Source of the DNA: Clostridia bacterium
GTDB taxonomy: Bacteria > Bacillota > Clostridia > TANB77 > CAG-508
Direction of reading: 5' to 3'
DNA length: 64,000 nt
NCBI GenBank assembly: GCA_017469445.1
Contig: JAFUGK010000008.1
Coordinates: 1,291 to 65,290, forward strand
In this document: one piece after another, positions 8,664 through 19,050 of the stretch
How positions within the stretch are numbered: position 1 is the stretch's first letter
Layout of the letters: the number at the start of each line of letters is the position of its first letter
Notes under the pieces: model-generated
What the model was told of the DNA's origin: nothing
The model's input: the letters and a program-made list of their open reading frames with translations, nothing else
Databases searched by the model: none
Translations under genes and position numbers: made by a program

Positions 8664-9137
8664 CTATACCTCCATTTTTTTATTAAATAAATTTTTAAAC
8701 CATTTTTTTATTTTAGTAAAAATACTTTCTTTGTATTCTACCATTTGCGTTTCTGTTACAATTTTCTCTTGTTTTATTTTTTCTTCATTATCTTTGTTTT
8801 TAAATATATTATCCGTATTGTATTTTTTTCTTTTTTCTTCTTCTATTTTATTTAAGCAAAATTTATCGTACTTTTCCCATAGCTCTTTTTCTTCTTCTGG
8901 TGCTAAATATCTTTCGTATATTTCTACTAATAGTGCTTTAGTTTCAATCATTAAATTTTGCTCAAAAATTCCTTTTGTATTGTCATATTTAAATTCATAA
9001 CTTGTATCCATATTTTTTACAAGATTTTCTTTAAATACTTCCGGAATTTTATCTTTTTGCTCATCAGATAATACTTTTAATATTTCATTTAGCTCTACAT
9101 AAGCTTTTTGATATTGCATTGTCTTTTCTTTTGTCAT
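8664..9137 (-). CDS. Hypothetical protein with C-terminal amphipathic helix
   Basis: 157-aa ORF with RBS AGGAGG; ends ESIFTKIKKWFKNLF. Confidence 0.8.
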   Translation of the reverse strand: MTKEKTMQYQKAYVELNEILKVLSDEQKDKIPEVFKENLVKNMDTSYEFKYDNTKGIFEQNLMIETKALLVEIYERYLAPEEEKELWEKYDKFCLNKIEEEKRKKYNTDNIFKNKDNEEKIKQEKIVTETQMVEYKESIFTKIKKWFKNLFNKKMEV

Positions 9138-9196
9138 ATTATAATTCCTCCTATTTGTATTTTTAGAGCTTGTACAAAATCTATCTATCCAATTAA

Positions 9197-9225
9197 ATTA
9201 TATACTACTGCAACTTAAACTACAA
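9197..9225 (-). promoter_or_regulatory. Putative sigma-A promoter of the 9137-4571 operon
   Basis: TTGTAG-N17-TATAAT on the minus strand. Confidence 0.45.
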
Positions 9226-9292
9226 TTAATTTACGCAAATGTCATATAAATGTAATATTTCAGTAAAATTTAAATGAATATTTAAAAATCTT

Positions 9293-9321
9293 TTGACATA
9301 AAATAAAAAATGTAGTATATT
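9293..9321 (+). promoter_or_regulatory. Putative sigma-A promoter of candidate sRNA
   Basis: TTGACA-N17-TATATT. Confidence 0.6.
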
Positions 9322-9327
9322 ATATGT

Positions 9328-9397
9328 AACTTAAGTTAATCTGATGGAGTTATATTAACAACTGAACTAAATGTGTGGTAGCATTTAGTTCTTTTTT
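9328..9397 (+). ncRNA. Candidate small non-coding RNA (about 70 nt)
   Basis: Consensus promoter, hairpin GTTAAT..ATTAAC, terminator GAACTAAATG/CATTTAGTTC followed by a T-run; no credible ORF. Confidence 0.45.
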
Positions 9398-9402
9398 ACA
9401 CA

Positions 9403-9434
9403 AAAAAAGTGAGGAGTGGTAGTTCCTCACTTTT
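9403..9434 (-). terminator. Intrinsic terminator of acyl-CoA ligase
   Basis: AAAAGTGAGGA..TCCTCACTTTT hairpin. Confidence 0.7.
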
Positions 9435-9493
9435 ATGACTATTTCTAGTCTTGCTCTTTGGATTTTGATTTTGCTTCTTTTTCTTTCAATATT

Positions 9494-11203
9494 TTATTGT
9501 ATCTTTTTCATTTCTTCATGTCTTTTTACTTTTTGTGTTGTTGTTTTTATTAATGGTTCTGTTGTTATTGTTATTTTCTTTATATGCTTAAATATAGGTA
9601 AACTTTGGTTTATTTTCTTTACATCTTCCCATATAGCTTTTTTATATTCTTCTTCTGTTTTTTCTCCAAACATTTCTTTTACAATTGTTTCATCATATAC
9701 TATTTTTGCACAAAGTAGTGTATCTGTTGTGTCTTGTTCTCTTGCATATACCATTACTTCTGATACATAAGGTATTTTATTAATTAAGAATTCTATTTCT
9801 TGTGGATACACGTTTTTTCCATTTTTTAATACTATTATGTCTTTCTTTCTTCCTGTAATGTATAAGAATCCATCTTTATCAAAGTATCCAAAATCTCCTG
9901 TTCTAAACCATCCATCTTGTAATACTCTATTTGTTTCTTCTTCATTTTTGTAATACCCTAACATTATGCTTGGACCTTTTGCAAGTATTTCTCCTACTCC
10001 CTCTTCATTAGGATCATCAATTTTTACCTCTAAATTATCTAGTGGAAATCCTATTGAACCAGGTTTTGCTCTTTCTTCAGATTCTGCTGTAATTACTGGA
10101 GATGTTTCTGTTAAACCATAGCCCTGAATTGTTTTTATTCCAAAGTTATTTAATCCTTCTGTTGTTTCCTTACTCATTGGTGCTCCACCATATAGTATAA
10201 TTCTTAAATTTCCTCCAAAATTATCTAGCACTTGCTTAAATAATTTTTTTCTAACATCTATATGTAATTTTAACAATGTGTTTGATATTTTTGTTGCCGT
10301 TCCTATTAGTTTTGTTTTTCCCTGATCATTAATTGCTTTCAATATTTTTTTATACATTGTTTCCAATACCAATGGAACTGCTACAAATATATTTACTTTA
10401 TATTCTTTTAAGTTCTTTTGAATATATTTTAATCCATCGCAAAATGCTACTTTTGCTCCGCTGTAGAACCCATATATAAATGTTATTGTACATTCAAATG
10501 TGTGATGAATTGGTAAAAATGAAAGCATTGTATCTGTTGATAACATATCAAAATGATTTGGTAAATTGCATACATTTGCACATATATTTTGTTGTGACAA
10601 CATTACTGCTTTTGGAGCATTTGTTGTTCCAGATGTAAATAGCATTATAGACATTTTATCTTTATCTATTTCTATTTCATCATATTGTTTGTTTCCTTCA
10701 TCTCTTAATTTTTGCCCTTTTTTAACTAAATCGCTAAATTTTTGTACCTGCTCTACGTCTACATCATCCATGCAAATTAAAAATTTTACACTATTATCAG
10801 ATTTTTGTCTTATATTTGTCATAACATCCATATATTTCTCATCAAATATTACAACCTCTGCTTCACTTCTTCTAACTAATGTTTCTATTTCGTTATTTGG
10901 AAGTGCTTTATCTAATGGTACAATAACCATATCTCCACTAGTTACTGCTAAATAGCTAACACACCACTCATATCTATTTTTTCCAATTAAAACTACTTTT
11001 TTACCTCTTAATCCCATATTTAATAATGTAGTAGAAAATGCTCTTATATCTTTTATGGTTTGGGCAAATGTTTTTTCTATATATTCAGGCTCTTTTGCTG
11101 TATAATCTTTCTTATATACATATGCAATATTATCTGAATACAATTTTTCAGTATTTTCAATCATTTCTCTGTAATTATTTACAATTTTTCTATCTTTACT
11201 CAT
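9494..11203 (-). CDS. AMP-binding long-chain fatty acid--CoA ligase
   Basis: FTSGTT, QGYGLTETSP, GWFRTGD, ITGRKK motifs. Confidence 0.9.
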   Translation of the reverse strand: MSKDRKIVNNYREMIENTEKLYSDNIAYVYKKDYTAKEPEYIEKTFAQTIKDIRAFSTTLLNMGLRGKKVVLIGKNRYEWCVSYLAVTSGDMVIVPLDKALPNNEIETLVRRSEAEVVIFDEKYMDVMTNIRQKSDNSVKFLICMDDVDVEQVQKFSDLVKKGQKLRDEGNKQYDEIEIDKDKMSIMLFTSGTTNAPKAVMLSQQNICANVCNLPNHFDMLSTDTMLSFLPIHHTFECTITFIYGFYSGAKVAFCDGLKYIQKNLKEYKVNIFVAVPLVLETMYKKILKAINDQGKTKLIGTATKISNTLLKLHIDVRKKLFKQVLDNFGGNLRIILYGGAPMSKETTEGLNNFGIKTIQGYGLTETSPVITAESEERAKPGSIGFPLDNLEVKIDDPNEEGVGEILAKGPSIMLGYYKNEEETNRVLQDGWFRTGDFGYFDKDGFLYITGRKKDIIVLKNGKNVYPQEIEFLINKIPYVSEVMVYAREQDTTDTLLCAKIVYDETIVKEMFGEKTEEEYKKAIWEDVKKINQSLPIFKHIKKITITTEPLIKTTTQKVKRHEEMKKIQ

Positions 11204-11255
11204 CTTTTTCTCTCCTTTTTAATGTAAGGGGACCATCTTAAAAAATTTATATCTG

Positions 11256-11279
11256 CGGGCGATTACTAATCGCCCCTAC
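11256..11279 (-). repeat. GTAG-type REP-like palindrome
   Basis: GTAG-GGGCGATT-AGT-AATCGCCC-G on the minus strand. Confidence 0.65.
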
Positions 11280-11394
11280 GCACCATATTTCAAAATCATC
11301 TCCCTTTTAGTGTTTTTATTTTATAATAAATATGTACCTTTTTCAACATTCTTGACCATGTATTCTAAATAATAAAACATACAATTAATAATAC

Positions 11395-11558
11395 AACTCT
11401 AAGTAATAATAACATTTTAAAGTGACGCGCAGTTTGGGAGGACTCCAATTCATGCAGATTATCTAGATTAACTTTTCTATTTATGAAAACTTTTTAAGTT
11501 ACTTATATGATTAGTCCGACCAGTAAGGAACGCTAAAATGTTATTATTACTTAGAGTT
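11395..11558 (-). repeat. Structured intergenic element family B, copy 1
   Basis: 24-bp terminal inverted repeat AACTCTAAGTAATAATAACATTTT; diverged copy at 32779-32943. Confidence 0.85.
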
Positions 11559-11586
11559 AGTCAAATAAACTATTAATTACATTATT

Positions 11587-13395
11587 CTATCTAAAAAATT
11601 CTTCAAATTCTTCTGCAGAAATTATCTCTTTTTCCATTAATCTTTGTGCAACTAAATGCAAGGTCTCCATATTGTTGATAAGAATTGTTTGTGCTCTTTC
11701 ATATGCTGTATCTATTAATTTTCTTATTTCTTCTCCAACAGCATCTCCTATATCTTCTCCAAATATTTGCAATTCATATGGTTCATCTACTTTTAAAGAA
11801 ATTGGTCCTAATCTATCATTCATTCCATAAATTGTTATCATATCTTTTGCTATTCCTGTTGCTACTTCTAAATCGTTACTAGCACCAGTTGATATATCAT
11901 CTAATGCAACTTTTTCTGCCGCTCTTCCGCCTAGTAATGCTACTAATTTTTCCTCCATTTCAGTTTTAGAAATATAGTATTTATCTTCATTTGTTTTATA
12001 CATTGTGTATCCACCAGCTACACCTCTAGGTATTATAGATATTTCTTTTACATCTGTTTGGGTTCCTAAATATTTGCTAACTATTGCATGTCCTGCCTCA
12101 TGGTATGCTGTTAATCTTTTATCTTTGTCAGACATTACTCTACTATGTTTTTCTATTCCTACTGTTACTTTCTTTACAGCATCTTCTAAATCTTGTTTTG
12201 TTATAACTTCATGTTTATGTCTTGTTGCTATTATTGCAGATTCATTTAGTACATTTGCAAGTTCTGCTCCTGTAAATCCTGCTGTATCTCCAGCAATATC
12301 TGCCATATCTATATCTTCTGCAAATTTTTTATTTGCAGCGTGTATTTTAAGTATTGCTTCTCTTCCTTTTAAATCTGGTGGTGCAATTGTTATTTGTCTA
12401 TCAAATCTTCCTGGTCTTAATAGTGCCTTATCTAACATTTCTGGTCTGTTTGTTGCAGCAAGTACTATAACTGTTTCATCAGATTCAAATCCATCCATTT
12501 CGACTAATAATTGATTTAATGTTTGATTGTTTTCTGTTTCTGCACCTACTCCATTTGTTCTTCTTTCGCCAATTGCATCTATTTCATCTATAAATACTAT
12601 ACAAGGAGATATTTTCTTTGCCTTTTCAAATAATTTTCTAACTCTTGATGCTCCAAGGCCTGCAAACATCTCTATGAATTCAGATCCACTCATAGATATA
12701 AATGGTACACTTGCTTCCCCTGCTATTGCCTTTGCTATTAATGTTTTTCCTGTTCCTGGTTTTCCAAATAATAATATTCCTCTTGGAATTTTTGCACCCA
12801 TTTTTTTATATTTTTCAGGATTTTTTAGAAAATCTACTATTTCTAGCATTTCATTTTTTTCTTCATCTAGACCTGCAACATCATCAAATGTCACATCTGT
12901 TTTATTGCTTTCGTCTACGCCATATACTTTTCCCTTTTCGCCTAATCCTTGCATTTTAAATAGCATAATAAATAATGCAACTATTAAAAGTGTAGGAATT
13001 AAAGACATAAATGTACTAAAAATTGTTTTAATTACAGGAGGTTCTTTTTGTTCTAAGTTTATTTCTACACCGCTTTCTACTTTATTTTGTACTAGCTCCA
13101 TAAATGCTTGTATGCTTGGTACTATAGCTTTCTTTTCTTTTTCTTCATCAACTAATTTTACTTTTAAATTTGGACTTCCTGTTGTCATTTCTATTTTTTC
13201 AATTGTACCATCATCTAACATTTTTATTAATTCTGTATATGCTATTTCTGGTTTGTTTTCTTCTTCGTTTTCAACCTTAGGTTTATTTATAATAAGCCAC
13301 ATCATAATTGCCAAGGCTAATGCTAAAACTATTGCTATTCCAACTAAAATCCTTTGTTTTTGTAATCTTTTCTTTTCTTTATCATTTTCTTGCAT
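11587..13395 (-). CDS. ftsH: ATP-dependent zinc metalloprotease FtsH
   Basis: N-terminal TMs, GKPGTGKT, FIDEID, ALLRPGRFDR, HEAGH. Confidence 0.95.
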   Translation of the reverse strand: MQENDKEKKRLQKQRILVGIAIVLALALAIMMWLIINKPKVENEEENKPEIAYTELIKMLDDGTIEKIEMTTGSPNLKVKLVDEEKEKKAIVPSIQAFMELVQNKVESGVEINLEQKEPPVIKTIFSTFMSLIPTLLIVALFIMLFKMQGLGEKGKVYGVDESNKTDVTFDDVAGLDEEKNEMLEIVDFLKNPEKYKKMGAKIPRGILLFGKPGTGKTLIAKAIAGEASVPFISMSGSEFIEMFAGLGASRVRKLFEKAKKISPCIVFIDEIDAIGERRTNGVGAETENNQTLNQLLVEMDGFESDETVIVLAATNRPEMLDKALLRPGRFDRQITIAPPDLKGREAILKIHAANKKFAEDIDMADIAGDTAGFTGAELANVLNESAIIATRHKHEVITKQDLEDAVKKVTVGIEKHSRVMSDKDKRLTAYHEAGHAIVSKYLGTQTDVKEISIIPRGVAGGYTMYKTNEDKYYISKTEMEEKLVALLGGRAAEKVALDDISTGASNDLEVATGIAKDMITIYGMNDRLGPISLKVDEPYELQIFGEDIGDAVGEEIRKLIDTAYERAQTILINNMETLHLVAQRLMEKEIISAEEFEEFFR

Positions 13396-13407
13396 TTTTA
13401 TCCTCCC

Positions 13408-14406
13408 TTATGCTTCAGAGCCTTCTGGCTCTCCACCTTGATTTTCATTTTTGTCTTTTTCTTCTTTTTTATCTTTTTTCTTTTCTTGCTCTTCTTTTTT
13501 CTCTTCTCTTTTTCTTTCTTCTATTTCATTTTTTACTTCTTCTTGTACTTTCTTTATTTTACCTATTTCAATTTGTTGTTTTACCAAGTCTGTTCTAATC
13601 ATTAATATTGCTGTAATTATATATACATATGGTATTAACGTATACATTACACTAAAGTATTCCATATTAAATCCTGTTAACAATCTAATTGGTGTATATA
13701 ATGCATTTAGTAATACTGATAATGTCATTGAATATACTGCTAAGCTATATACTTGACTTGCTTTCATATTAATCTTTACTATTTTACTTGTTAAATATCC
13801 TATTATTCCAACAAATACTACATCTAATATTGTTGTTATTAAATATATAATATACATATAAAATAGAACTGCTATGAAAACTGATATATACATTGCTGTA
13901 ATGTTTGTATTATTTAATGTTTCTACTAATTTTTGTTTCGTTAATTCCTTAGTTCCTGTCAAATCTAAATCCTTATAGTTGTACATAACTTGCCCTGATA
14001 GTCCTTCTACTGAAAATACTACTTTATCTTTTAAGAAAATAGCACCATTTGGATATTTGCTTATCTCAGTAATATATTTATTAACTGTTTCTTCTGTGCT
14101 TTCGGAATTTGTATCTACAATTAAACTTATTTTTTCTGTTCTATTTTCTTTTACCTTGTTAATTGTTTCTTCTGCTACTAATATATTATTAGAAAAAGTA
14201 AATTCTGGAAAATCATTTTTTAAAGTATCCATGAAGAAACTTGCTAAGTTTCCAAATTTATATGCAGAAAATATTGCTACTATTACACTTAAAAGCAATA
14301 TTAGTTTCAAGAAATACTTTATAGCTACACTAAATTTTTCTTGTGTAAAATCTTGATATTTTTCAATATTGAATACTGATACTTTTAACCTTTGAATAAA
14401 ATTCAT
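13408..14406 (-). CDS. DUF1189-like membrane protein
   Basis: N-terminal TM, extracellular domain, three C-terminal TMs, charged tail. Confidence 0.6.
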   Translation of the reverse strand: MNFIQRLKVSVFNIEKYQDFTQEKFSVAIKYFLKLILLLSVIVAIFSAYKFGNLASFFMDTLKNDFPEFTFSNNILVAEETINKVKENRTEKISLIVDTNSESTEETVNKYITEISKYPNGAIFLKDKVVFSVEGLSGQVMYNYKDLDLTGTKELTKQKLVETLNNTNITAMYISVFIAVLFYMYIIYLITTILDVVFVGIIGYLTSKIVKINMKASQVYSLAVYSMTLSVLLNALYTPIRLLTGFNMEYFSVMYTLIPYVYIITAILMIRTDLVKQQIEIGKIKKVQEEVKNEIEERKREEKKEEQEKKKDKKEEKDKNENQGGEPEGSEA

Positions 14407-15510
14407 TTATACAAACTCCCTTCTAATACTACTATCAACATATAATGGGTTTATGTCTAAATATATTTCATCACCTTGTTTTATTTTATCATTTCCTGTT
14501 ATATCAATTACCATATGATACATTCCAATTTTTCCAAGTAGTCTATACTTTTTATTATCTATTTTTATTTTTAATTTTTTATCTTTAAACAAGTCCTTTA
14601 TTGCATTATATAAGTACCTTATCTTATCTATTGTTCTATATGAATCCGGATAATTTCTAACATTATATCCATCATAGTACCCCACTGGAACAATTGCAAC
14701 TTTAGTTGTTCTCTTGGTCTTAAATGCATTTGAGTAACCTATGTTATATCCCTTTGGAAGCAGCTTTAATTCTGATATTTGAGTTTTTAATATTCCTATT
14801 TTCTTTAGTCCTATATTATTTTGAACTATTATTCTTCCTAAAAAAGCTGATCCAATCCTTACTGCATTTAAATGCATATTAGGATATCTTAAAAAAGCTG
14901 ACGAATTGCAAATATGTACTATTCCTGGATTTATTTTATTATTTTCTAAATACGAAACTGCTGCAATAAATCTATCAAATTGAATCTTTGTCCATTTTTC
15001 GTTTTTAGCATATGCTTGTGAAAAATGTGAAAAAGTTCCTTCTATTTTTATATTAGTTGTTTCTTTAAGTGCATCTATTAATTTTTCTAAACTATTATAT
15101 AAAAATCCATATCTTCCAAAACCTGTATCTATTTTTAAGTGTGCTCTTATATTTACGCTAAATTTTCTAGCAATATCATCTGCTATTTTTACTGCTAATT
15201 CTGAACCTAATGTAATTATTATATTGTTTTCAATTAATACTTTAACATCTTCCTCAATACATGTTGAAGACATCATTAAAATATCTGCTTTTATTCCCGC
15301 TTCTCTCAATTTTACTGCATCTTCAACTGTAGAAACTGCAAGCATTTCTATTCCATTGTCTATTAAAAATTTTGAATATTCTACAATTCCAAGCCCATAG
15401 CCATTGCCTTTTACTACTGCTATTATTTTTGTTTCTGTTCTTTTAGCTTTTTCTTTTATAACATCTATATTATGCTTTAAATCCTCTTTATTTATTTGTA
15501 GTACTTTCAA
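14407..15510 (-). CDS. alr: Alanine racemase
   Basis: AVVKGNGYGLG PLP lysine, HLKIDTGFGRYG, SHF, HICNS, PVGYYDG. Confidence 0.9.
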   Translation of the reverse strand: MKVLQINKEDLKHNIDVIKEKAKRTETKIIAVVKGNGYGLGIVEYSKFLIDNGIEMLAVSTVEDAVKLREAGIKADILMMSSTCIEEDVKVLIENNIIITLGSELAVKIADDIARKFSVNIRAHLKIDTGFGRYGFLYNSLEKLIDALKETTNIKIEGTFSHFSQAYAKNEKWTKIQFDRFIAAVSYLENNKINPGIVHICNSSAFLRYPNMHLNAVRIGSAFLGRIIVQNNIGLKKIGILKTQISELKLLPKGYNIGYSNAFKTKRTTKVAIVPVGYYDGYNVRNYPDSYRTIDKIRYLYNAIKDLFKDKKLKIKIDNKKYRLLGKIGMYHMVIDITGNDKIKQGDEIYLDINPLYVDSSIRREFV

Positions 15511-15521
15511 TATTACACCTC

Positions 15522-16577
15522 TTATTGTTTCAATATTTTTCTTTTTAATCCTCTTAGTTTTCTAAATGTTTTTTCTGAAAATTTATAAATTTTATACCAC
15601 AAAGGTCTAAAATCTAAGTATACTTCTCCAATAAATTCTGTAAATTCTGCGCCAAATCCTTTTTTAAATCTATACAATCCATATTGTGGGTGATTTTCAT
15701 CTACAACTCCTGATACTCCCCTAAAATCATACATATCGCATCCATTTTGTATTGCTTCTTTTATCATTGTCCATTGTAACAAATAGTTTGGCATTAAATT
15801 TCTATGTTCATTACTACTTGCTCCATATAAATACCATGTTTTATTTCCATACATAATTGGTATTATTCCTGCAATTGGCTTGTCTTCGTAATATGCCATA
15901 AGTAATTTCATGTGCTTTGGTGCTAAGTTATCATACATTTTTTCAAAATATGAAAGTGGGCGAATAATGAAATTATCCCTTTGACCTGTTGTTACCATTA
16001 TTTTATGGAAATCTTTTAAATCTTCTCGTGTTCCTTCTCTTACCTCTACACCTTTTTTGGTTGCTAGCCTAATATTATATCTTGTTTTTTGATGTAAATC
16101 TGCAAAAACTTGATCTTCTGTTTTACCTTTTAAATCTAGCCTAAATACATAACGCGGTTGTATTTCTTCCCTAAAATCTTTTGCATCATCTTTTATTTTA
16201 TATCCTATTTTTTTTATAATTTTTCTAAATTCTTCGTCACTACTTTTTATATCTGGTTCCATTTTAAAAACAAATGCTTTATATTTTTTTGCAATTTCTT
16301 TTATTCCTTCTGTTAATTGACTCAATACTTCTTCATTATATATATCACAAACAGGTCCTCTAGATGAATACATTAAATAGCCAAATATAGGGATTTTTCT
16401 AACAAGTATACTTACTGAGCCTATTATTTCGCTATCCTTCCCTTCTGCTAGAACAATTTCATTTTTCCATGCATCTTTAACCTTTCCCCATTCTAATGAT
16501 TGTTGAAAATTGCATCTATCATGCTTTTCTAAAAATGCAGTATATAATTCTTTATCTTTTTCTTCTAAAATCCTCAT
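15522..16577 (-). CDS. FemAB/FemX-family peptidoglycan bridge aminoacyltransferase
   Basis: FQQSLEWGKVK, RGPV, KTRYNIR, YLYGASS, GLYRFKKGFG. Confidence 0.9.
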   Translation of the reverse strand: MRILEEKDKELYTAFLEKHDRCNFQQSLEWGKVKDAWKNEIVLAEGKDSEIIGSVSILVRKIPIFGYLMYSSRGPVCDIYNEEVLSQLTEGIKEIAKKYKAFVFKMEPDIKSSDEEFRKIIKKIGYKIKDDAKDFREEIQPRYVFRLDLKGKTEDQVFADLHQKTRYNIRLATKKGVEVREGTREDLKDFHKIMVTTGQRDNFIIRPLSYFEKMYDNLAPKHMKLLMAYYEDKPIAGIIPIMYGNKTWYLYGASSNEHRNLMPNYLLQWTMIKEAIQNGCDMYDFRGVSGVVDENHPQYGLYRFKKGFGAEFTEFIGEVYLDFRPLWYKIYKFSEKTFRKLRGLKRKILKQ

Positions 16578-16663
16578 TATAATCTCCAAATTAAAATATT
16601 CTTCGTTTCATATTTTACACTAAAATTAAAGATATTACAATAGTATTACATCAATTATGTGCA

Positions 16664-16694
16664 AAAAAACTGGTGCTATTTTGCACCAGTTTTT
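16664..16694 (-). terminator. Intrinsic terminator of metG
   Basis: AAAAACTGGTGC..GCACCAGTTTTT. Confidence 0.75.
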
Positions 16695-16708
16695 ATTGTA
16701 TTATATTA

Positions 16709-18280
<1,572 letters not shown>

Positions 18281-18373
18281 CTATACTTCATCTCCTTTAT
18301 CATGCCCTATATTAAACCATATTTTGGCTTTATTGTAAAGATTTATGCATAAATTTAATGTTAAATCCAATGT

Positions 18374-18492
18374 TAATCAGATAAGAATTATAATAAAAAA
18401 ATAAACTTCGGACGCTCTGCTATTTTTAATATTTGCTAAAGCAAAATTAAAAACACCTCGTTTATTTTTTTATTATAATTCTTATCTGATTA
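18374..18492. repeat. Long hairpin element with 33-bp perfect arms
   Basis: TAATCAGATAAGAATTATAATAAAAAAATAAAC and its exact reverse complement enclose a GC-richer core with an inner hairpin. Confidence 0.75.
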
Positions 18493-18561
18493 CATTTTTA
18501 TATAATATTGTTAAAGGACAGTAGATTTATAAAATCATACTGTCCTTGAAACAATTAAACA

Positions 18562-19041
18562 TCAAAATTTTTCGTACTGTAAAATCTGATAATACAATCC
18601 ATTTTCATATCCGCTATTAAGCATCTTTATTTCCCACTTTTCATAATCAAATTCAGGGAAAAACGCATCTGCTTTTTTTGTATCATAAACTTCTGTAATT
18701 ATCATTTTCTTACAATATGGTAAAAAGTATTTGTAGATTTCTGCACCGCCGCAAATAAATACTTCTTCTTCGGAATTTTTGTATGTTTCAACAAATTTTC
18801 CCAAGTTAGTTACAGCATGTGCATTTTCTCCGTATGCCTTATTTTCATCCCTAGTTGCCACATAAATTTCTCTTCCAGGCAATTTTCCAGGTAATGATTC
18901 ATACGTTTTTCTCCCCATAAGAATTTTCTTTCCCATGGTAGTGCTTTTAAAATGCTTCATGTCAGCTTTAAGTTTCCAAAGCAATTTATCTTTGTAACCA
19001 AGCTCACTTTTTTTACCCATTGCGGCAATGATTATAAACAT
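18562..19041 (-). CDS. folA: Dihydrofolate reductase
   Basis: LLWKLKADMKHFK, MGRKTYES, LPGR, GGAEIY, DAFFP. Confidence 0.92.
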   Translation of the reverse strand: MFIIIAAMGKKSELGYKDKLLWKLKADMKHFKSTTMGKKILMGRKTYESLPGKLPGREIYVATRDENKAYGENAHAVTNLGKFVETYKNSEEEVFICGGAEIYKYFLPYCKKMIITEVYDTKKADAFFPEFDYEKWEIKMLNSGYENGLYYQILQYEKF

Positions 19042-19050
19042 ACTTACCTC

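Noticed and set aside
9335-9360. Fluoride riboswitch suggested by GATGGAGT
   Set aside because: No GGCGATGG..CGCC stem or downstream ACTCC pseudoknot partner
12005-13441. Long + strand ORFs (169 and 304 aa) opposite ftsH
   Set aside because: Antisense shadows of a conserved gene with S/F/I-rich composition; the same applies to most short opposite-strand ORFs in the track
18281-18560. T-box or SAM riboswitch leader for metG
   Set aside because: No T-box (GGTGGTACC-like) or S-box motif; a TTTACA-N17-TTTAAT promoter lies close to the start codon
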